Below are positions 1-9,396 of a DNA stretch of 64,000 nucleotides, piece by piece. Made by a program: the position numbers and the translations under genes. Position 1 is the stretch's first letter; each line of letters begins with the position of its first letter. Below the pieces are notes generated by a model. The model did not search any database. It was given only the letters and a program-made list of their open reading frames with translations, and was not told where the DNA came from. Origin of the DNA: Bacteroidia bacterium (lineage in GTDB: Bacteria; Bacteroidota; Bacteroidia; SpSt-205); the NCBI GenBank assembly GCA_025059535.1, contig JANXCX010000019.1, positions 68,363-132,362 on the forward strand, read 5' to 3'.

Positions 1-2343
1 GATATTACTCGTCAGAAGCGGCAGGAAGAGGAGCTGCGGGAAATGCTTACGCAGACCTTAGCACAGGAGGAGCGCCTGCGCGAGGCCAACCAGCGGCTCC
101 AAACCCTCAATGAGGAGCTTCTACGCACCCAGACCGAACTCAAAGGCCAAATCGCTGCCGTTGGAAATGCCGCCATCGTCTCCGAAACGGATCTTCAGGG
201 CCGCATCATCCGCGTCAATGACCTCTTCCTTCAAATCTACGGCTACCGGCGGGAGGAGGTGTTAGGGCAGAATCACCGCATCCTAAAGTCAGGGCATCAG
301 CCTGATACGCTCTTTGAAGAGATGTGGCGCACCATTTCGCAAGGCAAAGTTTGGCGCGGCGAGGTGCGTAACCGCTCCAGCACCGGCGAGTACTACTGGA
401 TTCTCCTCACTATTACCCCCGTCATAGGGCCTGAGCAGAAAGTGCTCAAGTATATTGGCGTAGGCTTTGACATTACGGCTCAGAAGCGTCAGGAGGAGGA
501 GCTGCGCGCGGCCTTAGAACTCTCTCAGGCGCAGCAGCGCGAACTACGGCTTTATACCCAGCAGCTTCAGGCCGCCCAAGAGGAAATGCAGCGCACCCAA
601 ATAGAGCTGCGTGGCCAAATCAACGCCGTCAATAACGCCGCTATCGTAGCGGAGACCGACCCGAAAGGCCGCATTACCTTCGTCAATGAGGCCTTCTGCG
701 CCATCTCGGGCTATACCCGGGAAGAACTGCTGGGCCAAACGCACGCCCTCTTACGATCAGATCAGCACGACAACGCCTTTTTCCAAAACCTCTGGCAAAC
801 CCTACTAGAAAAGCGGGTCTGGAGCGGAATTTTCTGTAATCGCCGAAAGGATGGTAGCCTTTACTGGATAAAATCCACTATCACGCCCGTAGTAGATACG
901 CGGGGGCGGCTCATCAAGTTTATTGCGGTAAGCTTTGACCTCACGCCGCAGATCCAGCAGGAGCAGCAGCTGCGGGCTTATGCCGAGGAGCTGCGGCAGG
1001 CCCAGGCCGAACTGCGCGGCCAGATTCAGGCCGTGGGCAACGCCGCCTATCTCATGGAAACCGACCCTGAGGGCCACCTTATCTACGCTAATGCCGCTGC
1101 CTTAGAGGCCTGGGAGTACAAATGGGAGGAGGTGCGCGGCCAAAACCTGCGCTTCCTCAATAGCGGGCACCATCCGCCCGAATTCTGGCAAGAGATGTGG
1201 GAAAAGCTCCGCCAAGGCAGTGTCTGGCAGGCCGAAGTCCTCAATAAGTCCCGCTCAGGCCGCCTCTTCTGGGAGCTTCTTACCATCACCCCCATCTTTG
1301 ATGCCGAAGGTCGCCTCTTCAAGTATATCGGCGTAGCCTTTGACATTACGGCGCAGAAAAGGCAGGCCGAACGCATCCGCAGCCTACTCCAAGAAGCCCA
1401 GGAAAACGAGCGCTCCCTCAAGGCATATGCCAAACAGCTGGAGGATATCCAGACCCAGCTCTTAGCCACGCAGCTGGAGCTGTCAGGGCGCATCCAGGCG
1501 CTCAATAATGCCGCCCTTGTCTTAGAAGCCAATGCTGAAGGTCGCCTTGCCTTCGCTAACGAAGAAGCCATGTACCTCTTAGGCTTCACCCCTGAAGAGC
1601 TTTTAGGCCAACCGCAGGAAAGTCTTTTCCTGGCTTCCCACCCTTCTCGGCTCTTAGAACGGCTACGGGAGCGCTTGGAAGCGGGCTTCGTCTGGCGGGC
1701 CGAAGTCCTGACTAAAACTAAACGCGGTGAGCCCCTCTGGCTACATCTAACGATTACCCCCGTATGCGACGCCGAAGGAAAGCCATATAAGTACATCGGC
1801 GTGGGCTTTGACATTACCCGTCAGAAGGTACAGGCGCAGCGCCTACGGGAGACCCTAAAGGCCTTGGAGCAGCGGTCCTCAGGCCTCTCCGCGCTCCCCG
1901 AAACTATACCCTGGTTCGTCACAAATAAGGAAGGCCTCTTACAGGCCGCTAGTCCAGGATTAGCCCATCTGTTAGGATATTCGCCAGAACAGCTTATAGG
2001 CCAGCCGGCCCGGCTCTTTCGCAGTCCTCTCACACCTAACCACACCTTTCTCTCTCTCTGGGCCACTATCAGCCGAGGCAAGCCTTGGAGCGGCTTTCTC
2101 TATAACCGCCTGGCTTCTGGGGCCGATGAGCTCTTCTTCCTAGCGGTTTTCCCTCAGACCGATGCCTATTTAGCCCTTCTGCTACCCGCACGCGAAGCCT
2201 GTGATACCCTTAGGGCCGAGTGGCTACGCAATTACGCCCCGCTGGAGCTCCTCAAGGACTATGAACTCCTCCTACAAGCCAAAGACTATGAGATTTACGA
2301 GCTGCGGCGCATTATAGAAGAGCTTCAGGCGCAGCGCCTATGA
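1..2343 (+). CDS. Multi-PAS domain S-box protein (5'-partial). Repeated coiled-coil + PAS modules, no recognisable output domain.
   Basis: The ORF 43..2343 continues in frame to nt 1 (DITRQKRQEEELRE matches the internal motif FDITAQKRQEEELRA), so the gene starts upstream of the window. At least five repeats of about 140 aa, each a coiled-coil (ELRxQ...EELxRTQxELxGQI) followed by PAS-like cores (AVxNAAIVxETDxxGRIxxVN, HRxLxSGH, YWxLxTITP, KYIGVxFDIT). No His-kinase, GGDEF, EAL or HTH motif is seen. The stop overlaps the gpmI start (ATGA at 2340-2343). Confidence 0.75.
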   Translation, partial: DITRQKRQEEELREMLTQTLAQEERLREANQRLQTLNEELLRTQTELKGQIAAVGNAAIVSETDLQGRIIRVNDLFLQIYGYRREEVLGQNHRILKSGHQPDTLFEEMWRTISQGKVWRGEVRNRSSTGEYYWILLTITPVIGPEQKVLKYIGVGFDITAQKRQEEELRAALELSQAQQRELRLYTQQLQAAQEEMQRTQIELRGQINAVNNAAIVAETDPKGRITFVNEAFCAISGYTREELLGQTHALLRSDQHDNAFFQNLWQTLLEKRVWSGIFCNRRKDGSLYWIKSTITPVVDTRGRLIKFIAVSFDLTPQIQQEQQLRAYAEELRQAQAELRGQIQAVGNAAYLMETDPEGHLIYANAAALEAWEYKWEEVRGQNLRFLNSGHHPPEFWQEMWEKLRQGSVWQAEVLNKSRSGRLFWELLTITPIFDAEGRLFKYIGVAFDITAQKRQAERIRSLLQEAQENERSLKAYAKQLEDIQTQLLATQLELSGRIQALNNAALVLEANAEGRLAFANEEAMYLLGFTPEELLGQPQESLFLASHPSRLLERLRERLEAGFVWRAEVLTKTKRGEPLWLHLTITPVCDAEGKPYKYIGVGFDITRQKVQAQRLRETLKALEQRSSGLSALPETIPWFVTNKEGLLQAASPGLAHLLGYSPEQLIGQPARLFRSPLTPNHTFLSLWATISRGKPWSGFLYNRLASGADELFFLAVFPQTDAYLALLLPAREACDTLRAEWLRNYAPLELLKDYELLLQAKDYEIYELRRIIEELQAQRL

Positions 2344-3905
2344 AGCGGCGGGTCTTCCTCATTATTTGGGATGGGTGGGGCTTAGCGGAGGATCCCACGT
2401 TGAGCGCCATTGATGCAGCTCATACGCCTTTTTATGACAGGATTCGCCAGAGGTATCCTTTTGTCGCATTAGAGGCTTCGGGGGAAGCGGTCGGCCTACC
2501 GGCTGGACAAATGGGCAACTCCGAGGTAGGCCATCTCCACATAGGTGCAGGCTTCGTAGTCTGGCAAGACCTCCTGCGCATCCAGAAAGCCTTTGAAGAC
2601 GGGAAAGCTGAAAAGCTACCAGCCTTTCAGGCGCTTATTCGCTACTTGCGCCAAACGGGTCGGCCTCTCCACCTTATAGGGCTTGTCTCGGAAGGGGGCG
2701 TCCATAGTGCGCTCTCCCATCTTCTCTTACTCCTTCGGGCCCTCAAGCAGGCTGAGGTATCTAACCCTATATACCTTCACGCCTTTACGGATGGTCGCGA
2801 TACACCCCCAAAAAGCGCCGAAGCCTACCTGGCCACCCTTACCGCCGCCCTAAAAGAACTTCCAAATGCCCATTTAGCCTCCCTTATAGGGCGGTATTAT
2901 GCGATGGATCGGGATCGCCGCTGGGAGCGCACCCGCCGGGCCTACCGCCTTCTACGCTATGGCGAGGGCCTGCAGGCCACCGATTGGCGCCAGGCTCTCC
3001 AGGCCCAGTACCAGCGGGGTATCACCGACGAGTTCTTAGAGCCTATCTGGCTGGAAGGCGCGCAGCCCATTCAACCCGAGGAAGCCGTCTTCTTCTTCAA
3101 CTTTCGCAATGACCGTCCCCGTCAGCTTGTTCAGGCCCTTTATACGGGCGAGATTCCTGAGTCGCAAACGGGCCGAGCCCCTGTACCCATGCCGCCCGAT
3201 TTGGTAGCGCTACCGCTATTTTTTGTAACCCTTACCGAGTATGATCCAGCCTTTACGGCGCGCGGGGTACATTATTTTTTTGGCAAGACTACTATAGACC
3301 AACCTTTAGGGGCAGTCATCGCCGCCGCTGGCCTTACCCAAATCCGCATCGCCGAGACCGAAAAGTACCCCCACGTAACCTACTTCCTCAATGGTGGCCA
3401 AGAGGCCGCCTTTCCTGGGGAGCAGCGGATTTTGGTCCCTTCCCCCAAGGTGCCTACCTACGACCTCAAACCTGAAATGAGCGCCTACGAGGTGCGGGAT
3501 GCGCTCCTACCCCACTTGCACGAAGGAAAGGCAGATTTTATCTGCCTGAATTTCGCCAATCCCGACATGGTCGGCCATACAGGCGTCTGGGAAGCCGCCG
3601 TACGCGCCTGCGAGGTTGTAGATAGCTGCACCCAGACCTTGGTAGAAGTAGCCCTACACCAGGGGTATGTAGTACTGCTGATTGCTGATCACGGAAATGC
3701 CGATCGCATGCGTAATCCAGATGGCACGCCGCACACGGCCCATACTACCGCCCTGGTGCCCTGTTGCTTAATTTCCCCCCAGCCTTTACCTTATCGGCTC
3801 AGAGGGGGGATTTTACCTCAGGTAGCCCCTACTGTACTAGAGCTCCTTGGCCTGCCTATTCCCCAGATGATGCTACCGCCTCTCGTGGAAGCCTCAGCCG
3901 ACTGA
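2340..3905 (+). CDS. gpmI: 2,3-bisphosphoglycerate-independent phosphoglycerate mutase
   Basis: 521 aa. The N-terminus (FLIIWDGWGL...AHTPFYD) and downstream SEVGHLHIGAG, ADHGNAD motifs are typical of iPGM. Confidence 0.9.
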   Translation: MKRRVFLIIWDGWGLAEDPTLSAIDAAHTPFYDRIRQRYPFVALEASGEAVGLPAGQMGNSEVGHLHIGAGFVVWQDLLRIQKAFEDGKAEKLPAFQALIRYLRQTGRPLHLIGLVSEGGVHSALSHLLLLLRALKQAEVSNPIYLHAFTDGRDTPPKSAEAYLATLTAALKELPNAHLASLIGRYYAMDRDRRWERTRRAYRLLRYGEGLQATDWRQALQAQYQRGITDEFLEPIWLEGAQPIQPEEAVFFFNFRNDRPRQLVQALYTGEIPESQTGRAPVPMPPDLVALPLFFVTLTEYDPAFTARGVHYFFGKTTIDQPLGAVIAAAGLTQIRIAETEKYPHVTYFLNGGQEAAFPGEQRILVPSPKVPTYDLKPEMSAYEVRDALLPHLHEGKADFICLNFANPDMVGHTGVWEAAVRACEVVDSCTQTLVEVALHQGYVVLLIADHGNADRMRNPDGTPHTAHTTALVPCCLISPQPLPYRLRGGILPQVAPTVLELLGLPIPQMMLPPLVEASAD

Positions 3906-3929
3906 CCGCCTAAAGGCCCTCTGGCTAGC

Positions 3930-5252
3930 CTAGCTAACGCTCTCCGCTACCCTATGCTGGAGTCCTTCGCCAAAAAGCTGCCGAAGGTAAGAATTGAGAA
4001 ATACACCCTCTGGGTCGTACTGCTGGCGCAGGGCAAAGAATTCCCCAAGCCTAGGGTACACCCGCTCCAAGTAGGACCAAGTAGCCGTGTGCATTTTACC
4101 CCAGTGAGGCCTACCTTCATAGGCCTGGAAAATAGCCTCTAAACCCCTAAAATACTCGGTGTGCGGCATTCGGTGATACATATGCACGGCGATAAATACC
4201 CTATCCCCCCCATACGCTGGACTGAGCGGAATTTCATCGCCCTTAACGTAGCGGTACTCTATGGGGAAACTCACGGCGGGTTGATGGCGTTCTATCCAGC
4301 GGCGGATTTCGCGCAGTACTTCAGGCCCAGCCTCTGCAGGCACACTATATTCCATTTCTCGGAAGCGCACCAGCCTAGCCGTAGCAAAAACCCGATAGGC
4401 CCTATCTATCCATACGCCTTCGCCCATATTCCGCCCAGCAAACTGGCACAGCTCAGGGCAGCGGTTCGGGAAATATTGCGCCAGCTTGTTGAGCACCCAA
4501 AAAGCGGCATTTTCCCATAGAAAATCTCTAATCCAGCGCCCTCCTAAACTCCTACGGGCCTCTACTGGACTGAGCTCTGTAAGCTTCACGCCTGCCCAGT
4601 CGCTATACGGAAACCAGAAAAACTCAAAATGGCGGTACTGCTGGAGGTACTCGGCTGATTTTTCCAGCACTGCCTCCAGGGGTTCCACGCGCGTCAGAAG
4701 GCGGAGGTAGTAGCGGGGTTCTACGCTTAGCGTAACCTGCGTAATCACGCCGAGAAGCCCTAGCGAAACCTGCAGCGCCCGAAAAAGGTCAGGCGACTCG
4801 GTAGGATACACATCCTGGAGGCGCCCCCTTCCGTCTATGAATCGGTAATGTACGACCTGCGTGGCCAGGATACCAAATCCCTTGCCGGTGCCATGCGTAC
4901 CCGTGCTGAAAGCCCCCGCCACACTCTGGCGATCAATGTCTCCCTGATTGCGGAGGGAAAATCCCGTTTCCCAGAGCTGCGGAAGTAGCCGGTATAACCG
5001 CGAGCCTGCCCAAACCGTAACCGTATGAGCGGTAGGAGATAGAGAAATGATGCCTTGAAGGCGATCCAAGGAGAGGAGGAAGTCGGGGGTTTCTATCAGC
5101 GGCGTCCAAGAATGGCCTGCCCCTACGACGCGAAGCGTGCGCCGCTGCTCCACTGCCTGACCAATCAGCCGCCTAATCGCCTCCTCATCCGAAGGCTGCG
5201 CATAGAAAGCGGGGGAAAACGCTACCGTACGCCCCCAGTTTCGGTATCGCAT
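3930..5252 (-). CDS. FAD-linked oxidase of the sugar-1,4-lactone oxidase family (D-arabinono-/L-gulono-1,4-lactone oxidase-like)
   Basis: 440 aa. N-terminal NWGRTVAFSP and an FAD-binding domain (VVGAGHSW). The C-terminal ALO-type domain has HWGK (RPHWGKMHTATWSYLERVYPRLGEFFALRQQYDPEGVFLNSYLRQLF). Confidence 0.7.
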   Translation of the reverse strand: MRYRNWGRTVAFSPAFYAQPSDEEAIRRLIGQAVEQRRTLRVVGAGHSWTPLIETPDFLLSLDRLQGIISLSPTAHTVTVWAGSRLYRLLPQLWETGFSLRNQGDIDRQSVAGAFSTGTHGTGKGFGILATQVVHYRFIDGRGRLQDVYPTESPDLFRALQVSLGLLGVITQVTLSVEPRYYLRLLTRVEPLEAVLEKSAEYLQQYRHFEFFWFPYSDWAGVKLTELSPVEARRSLGGRWIRDFLWENAAFWVLNKLAQYFPNRCPELCQFAGRNMGEGVWIDRAYRVFATARLVRFREMEYSVPAEAGPEVLREIRRWIERHQPAVSFPIEYRYVKGDEIPLSPAYGGDRVFIAVHMYHRMPHTEYFRGLEAIFQAYEGRPHWGKMHTATWSYLERVYPRLGEFFALRQQYDPEGVFLNSYLRQLFGEGLQHRVAESVS

Positions 5253-6526
5253 ACATCAAATTTAAGTGAAGCGCCAAGCTCCCTGAGTACCTCCCAGTAA
5301 GTGGGAAAAGATTTAGCCACGCAATCTGCGCCTACAATCCCGATGGGATGAGGCAGGCGAGCCGCTAAGAGGCTAAGCGCCATAGATATCCGATGATCGC
5401 CCCAGGCCGAGAAGAGGAGCGGCTGCTTAGGTAAAGAAGCCGTAGGAAAGACGCATAAAGTCTCGCTGTCCCACTCAAGCCTAGCGCCTACTTTCGTTAG
5501 CTCAGCGGCTAGCGCCTCCAAGCGAGGCGACTCTTTATAGGGCAGCGTATAAATACCCCGAAATTGAGAAGGTCCTTCGGCAAAAGCGGCCACCACCGCA
5601 AGTACTAAGAGCGCATCTGGGCAGTTTTCTACACTTAGGTTCATCGGCGGCACGGGGCCTTCCGTACTTTCCACCCAGAGGCCTTCTGCTTCCCATCGCC
5701 ACTGGTAAGGCAGAGGAAGGGCGAGGAAAAGCTGACTTTCGGGCTGAAGGCTGGAGGAGCGCAAAGGTAGCCATCCCTGAAAGGCCCCCAAAGCCGCCCA
5801 CCCAAAAAAGTATCCCCCAGCACTCCAGTCAGCCTCTCCTACAAACTCTAATTCCGCCGGCTTAGTTGCAGGCTGTAAGGTCCATCGCCGGTTATCTTCC
5901 TGCCATACCCAGCCATAAGCCGCTACAAGCTGGCGGGTAGCTTCAGCATAAGCAGGGGTAGCTAAGCGGCGGCTTTCTAGTTCTATCGTGGCGCCTTCTG
6001 GCAGCCAGGGCGCAGCCAAGAAGAGAGCCGAAAGAAACTGGCTGGAAAGGGAGGCCTCTAAGCTAAAGTACTTTGGCCGCAGGTCGGGCTTCCCGCTAAT
6101 CCGAAGCGGAAATGTCTCAGACAGCGTAAAGCCCGCTTGCCGCAGAGCTGAGAGAAGCGGCGCTATGGGCCGGCGCGCTAAACTAGGCGCTACCGCCACC
6201 TCCGCCTGCAGGGGGAGGTGCGCCAGCCACGGCACTAGAAACCTTAAGGTAGTTCCACCCTCCCCTAAGTATAGGCTCACCGCCTTAGGAAAGCTAGCCG
6301 GCGGAATAAAGGCCCAGACTTCTCCTTCCAAATAGATCGTATAGCCTACTTTCGCCAGGGCCTCCAGAAAGTACTGACTGTCTAGACCTTCCGAGACACC
6401 CCTCAAACGGAAGGGCTGCAGTGTATGGGCCCCTAGGCCAAGCTGCCGATTGGTAAGGCTCTTGCTATAAGGAAGGGCTACGCGTCCAGCTAACCGCCGT
6501 ACGGGCTCTAGCCAGAGGGTGCGCAT
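5222..6526 (-). CDS. aroA: 3-phosphoshikimate 1-carboxyvinyltransferase (EPSP synthase)
   Basis: 434 aa. LPYSKSLTNRQL (equivalent to LPGSKSxSNR) near the N-terminus, with two-domain EPSP synthase architecture and length. The stop abuts the aroB stop/start region at 6526. Confidence 0.85.
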   Translation of the reverse strand: MRTLWLEPVRRLAGRVALPYSKSLTNRQLGLGAHTLQPFRLRGVSEGLDSQYFLEALAKVGYTIYLEGEVWAFIPPASFPKAVSLYLGEGGTTLRFLVPWLAHLPLQAEVAVAPSLARRPIAPLLSALRQAGFTLSETFPLRISGKPDLRPKYFSLEASLSSQFLSALFLAAPWLPEGATIELESRRLATPAYAEATRQLVAAYGWVWQEDNRRWTLQPATKPAELEFVGEADWSAGGYFFGWAALGAFQGWLPLRSSSLQPESQLFLALPLPYQWRWEAEGLWVESTEGPVPPMNLSVENCPDALLVLAVVAAFAEGPSQFRGIYTLPYKESPRLEALAAELTKVGARLEWDSETLCVFPTASLPKQPLLFSAWGDHRISMALSLLAARLPHPIGIVGADCVAKSFPTYWEVLRELGASLKFDVCDTETGGVR

Positions 6527-7545
6527 TAGGTAGCCGTGTAGGCCCGCATAACCCGATAGAGGGCCTCGGGCTCTATCGCTTCTATCCGGACCTGCCCGGG
6601 GGCGACCAGAAGAGGGAGATAGAGCCGGCCTGCCCTTATTTTCTTATCCTGGCGTAGAAGGGTTTCCCAGAGGCGCCGGCTAAAAGGCGGCATCGGCCTG
6701 AGCAGCGCTTCTTCCCGAAACTTAGTCCATACCTCGGCTAGAAGGCTTTCGGGAAGTAAGCCGCGCTGACAGCTAAGGCTAAGCTCCTGAATAAGGCCTA
6801 AGGCTACGGCCTCCCCGTGCCGAAGCGGTTCCCCTGCCTTTTGGGCTAAGCTCTCAATCAAATGACCTGCTGTATGGCCTAAATTGAGGGCAAAGCGCGC
6901 CCCTTCCCGCTCATACGGGTCCTTCTCAACCCAGCGCAACTTGACCCGAATAAGGCGGTCTAAAAGCGCAAGGTCAGGCGGCTTGCTGAAGGGGGCTGCC
7001 TGCACGGCTTGCCATAATTCTGCGCTATCCAGCAGGGCCTGCTTGACCGCCTCGGCCCAGCCGGCACGCAGATCTCGCAAAGGCAGGGTTTGGAGAAACC
7101 CTGGCCATACCCACACTTCCGCTGCCGGCGCATAGACGCCAATAAGGTTCTTACCGCCCCGAAAGTTTAGGCCCGTTTTACCCCCATAAGCCGCATCAAT
7201 TTGCGCCACTAAGGTAGTGGGTAGGCTGATATAGGGTAGGCCGCGCTTCCACACTGCGGCACAGAAGCCGCCCAGATCTAATAGACTACCGCCCCCAATA
7301 AGCAGCACCTGCTGCCCCCTATCTACGCCATACTGCCAGAACTTTTTCCAAACCCATCGGGCTTTAGGCAGCGATTTGAGGGCCTCCTCACCTCCTAAGG
7401 TAAAAATGGGTAGCTCTCCGCTCAACTCATCTATAAGGCCTTTCCAGTGGGTGTAGGCTCCCCCATCAACCAGAACGAGGACGAGCGCCCTGGCTTTCGT
7501 AGCGGCCAGCTGGATTAACTCCGCCGCCTCAGCTACCAGCTCAAT
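6526..7545 (-). CDS. aroB: 3-dehydroquinate synthase. The start is non-canonical or unresolved (see findings).
   Basis: LLIGGGSLLDLGGFCAA (glycine-rich NAD loop), GGKTGLNF, and LNLGHTAGHLIE (metal-binding His pair). The listed TTG start at 7425 removes the conserved first beta-strand. The in-frame upstream translation ALVLVLVDGGAYTHW...PIFTLGGEEALKSL matches the AroB N-terminus (LVTDxxVxxLY...PxGExxKSL). Confidence 0.8.
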   Translation of the reverse strand: MELVAEAAELIQLAATKARALVLVLVDGGAYTHWKGLIDELSGELPIFTLGGEEALKSLPKARWVWKKFWQYGVDRGQQVLLIGGGSLLDLGGFCAAVWKRGLPYISLPTTLVAQIDAAYGGKTGLNFRGGKNLIGVYAPAAEVWVWPGFLQTLPLRDLRAGWAEAVKQALLDSAELWQAVQAAPFSKPPDLALLDRLIRVKLRWVEKDPYEREGARFALNLGHTAGHLIESLAQKAGEPLRHGEAVALGLIQELSLSCQRGLLPESLLAEVWTKFREEALLRPMPPFSRRLWETLLRQDKKIRAGRLYLPLLVAPGQVRIEAIEPEALYRVMRAYTAT

Positions 7546-8533
7546 GCGCGTGCTGCTCCTTATACTTGCGGATGGCTTCGGTAAGCTGCGGCACTACTTG
7601 GAAGGCATCCCCCACTATCCCGTAGTCCGCTACCTTGAAGAAGGGGGCCTCCGGGTCATTATTGATTACGACGATATTTTTAGAGGAGGCCACGCCCGCT
7701 AAGTGCTGGATCGCCCCCGAAATACCGATAGCGATATACAGGTTGGGGGAAATCTGAATACCGGTTTGGCCTACGTGTTCGTGGTGGGGCCGCCAGCCTA
7801 CATCGGCTACGGGCTTAGAGCAGGCTGTAGCCGCCCCTAGAGCTTTAGCCAGCTCTTCTATCATGCCCCAGTTTTCGGGCCCTTTTAGCCCCCGCCCAGC
7901 CGAAACCACAATTTCGGCTTCAGTCAGCGGTACTTTGTCGGTGGCTACCTTCTCTATGCCTACCGATTTGAGCCGTAGGTCTTCTGGCAAAGGCGTATAG
8001 GCCAGTTCCTCCTCAGTAGGCACGCGCGGATTTTTTGCAGGGACTATTGAATTGGACTTCAGGGTAGCGATAACGGGGAGATGATCCGTAGCGATCCACT
8101 CTATAGCCTTATTGGAATAGGCAATCCGACGGGCTCGGAGCGTGCTACCCTCGCGTTGGGGGGGTTGGGTGATTCCCGACAAAAGAGCCCCATCCGCCCA
8201 TACTGCAACGAAAGGCGCTATAGCGCGTCCATCATACGTTTGGGGAAGGAGCAGGTAGGAGAATTGGCGTTCCCGCATCAGTTGGGCTAAAGCCCGCGCA
8301 TAGGCGCTATTTACGAGCGGCTCTAACTGAGGCCCCTTGAGGCGAATAACTCTATCTGCCCCATATTCGCCCAGGCTTGCCGTAAGATTAGGCGGGAAAT
8401 CCGCTCCCAACGCTATGGCTACCACAGGTAGATTTTCGGAATCGGCCCACTGCCGAGCCGCCGTCAAAACCTCCAGCGTCGGCTTCTTTAGCCGACCCTC
8501 AGAAATTTCTACCCAAACCGCTACCGCACTCAT
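7541..8533 (-). CDS. etfA: Electron transfer flavoprotein alpha subunit
   Basis: 330 aa. Typical EtfA N- and C-domains (FAD-binding region IAIGISGAIQHLAG). Adjacent to etfB. Confidence 0.9.
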   Translation of the reverse strand: MSAVAVWVEISEGRLKKPTLEVLTAARQWADSENLPVVAIALGADFPPNLTASLGEYGADRVIRLKGPQLEPLVNSAYARALAQLMRERQFSYLLLPQTYDGRAIAPFVAVWADGALLSGITQPPQREGSTLRARRIAYSNKAIEWIATDHLPVIATLKSNSIVPAKNPRVPTEEELAYTPLPEDLRLKSVGIEKVATDKVPLTEAEIVVSAGRGLKGPENWGMIEELAKALGAATACSKPVADVGWRPHHEHVGQTGIQISPNLYIAIGISGAIQHLAGVASSKNIVVINNDPEAPFFKVADYGIVGDAFQVVPQLTEAIRKYKEQHAH

Positions 8534-9288
8534 ATAAGCCCCTTATTTGCCAGTTCCTGGACTAGTTCCTGTATATTCTCGGGGTCAATCTTCTTGAAGG
8601 TGCCTTTGGGGGGTGGCGGCTCATGCCTAAGCGTGCGCACGCGCGGAGCTACAGAAACCGGTGGCACCACTTGAAAGGGCTTAGTTTTAGCCTGCATAAT
8701 CCCGCGTACATTGGGGATACGCCATTCGGCCAGACCTTTCTGGGCACTTAGTACCAAAGGCAAAGCACAGCTAAGGCGTTCCTTTCCACCCGTAATCTCA
8801 CGCGTCAGGTGAGCTTGGCCGTCTTGAATCTCTATGCTAGTGGCATAGGAGACAAAGGGTAGATTTAGGAGGGCAGCCACCATCCCTGGCACTTGCGCCC
8901 CATTGTAGTCAATAGATTCTTTGCCAAAAAGGATAAGGTCAAAACCCTTATCCTTCGCATAAGCGGCTATCTGATGGGCTACAAAGAAGGCATCCACGGG
9001 CTCGGCGTCTATGCGCACCGCCTCATCCAGTCCTAAGGCCAGCGCCTTCCGCAGGTTGGCATCCACGCTGTCCGTAGATTGGGCGCCATTCTTGCCTACA
9101 GCCAGAACGGTTACCTTTACGCCATTAGGATTTTTCTCTTTGAGCTCCGCCGCGCGCGCCAGCGCAAAGTCATCATAGGGGTTTATAATAAAGGTTATCC
9201 CTGTGCGATCTAAGGCTTTACCATCGGCCGTAAACTGGATGCGTGCCGTGGTATCGGGCACATGGCTAATGCAGCAGAGAATCTTCAT
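8530..9288 (-). CDS. etfB: Electron transfer flavoprotein beta subunit
   Basis: 252 aa. MKILCCISHVPDT start and VKxVxD...R-type profile. A 4-nt overlap with etfA. Confidence 0.9.
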   Translation of the reverse strand: MKILCCISHVPDTTARIQFTADGKALDRTGITFIINPYDDFALARAAELKEKNPNGVKVTVLAVGKNGAQSTDSVDANLRKALALGLDEAVRIDAEPVDAFFVAHQIAAYAKDKGFDLILFGKESIDYNGAQVPGMVAALLNLPFVSYATSIEIQDGQAHLTREITGGKERLSCALPLVLSAQKGLAEWRIPNVRGIMQAKTKPFQVVPPVSVAPRVRTLRHEPPPPKGTFKKIDPENIQELVQELANKGLI

Positions 9289-9396
9289 CGCCTACAAAAA
9301 AACAAAAACTTCGTGGAGTCTTATTCTTTCCAATCCATTCTGGCCACCTGCTTGGGCTCGCAAGAAGGCTAAATCTGAAGGCAGGGCCTCAAAGAC

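Noticed and set aside
1083-1814. 243-aa minus-strand ORF, plus several 60-90-aa ORFs, inside the PAS gene
   Set aside because: Antisense to a well-supported plus-strand gene. Arg/Ser/Ala-rich composition is typical of spurious high-GC antisense frames. No start context or homology.
4161-4710. Plus-strand ORFs of 119 and 74 aa inside the lactone-oxidase gene
   Set aside because: Fully antisense to a conserved flavoenzyme gene, with no homology.
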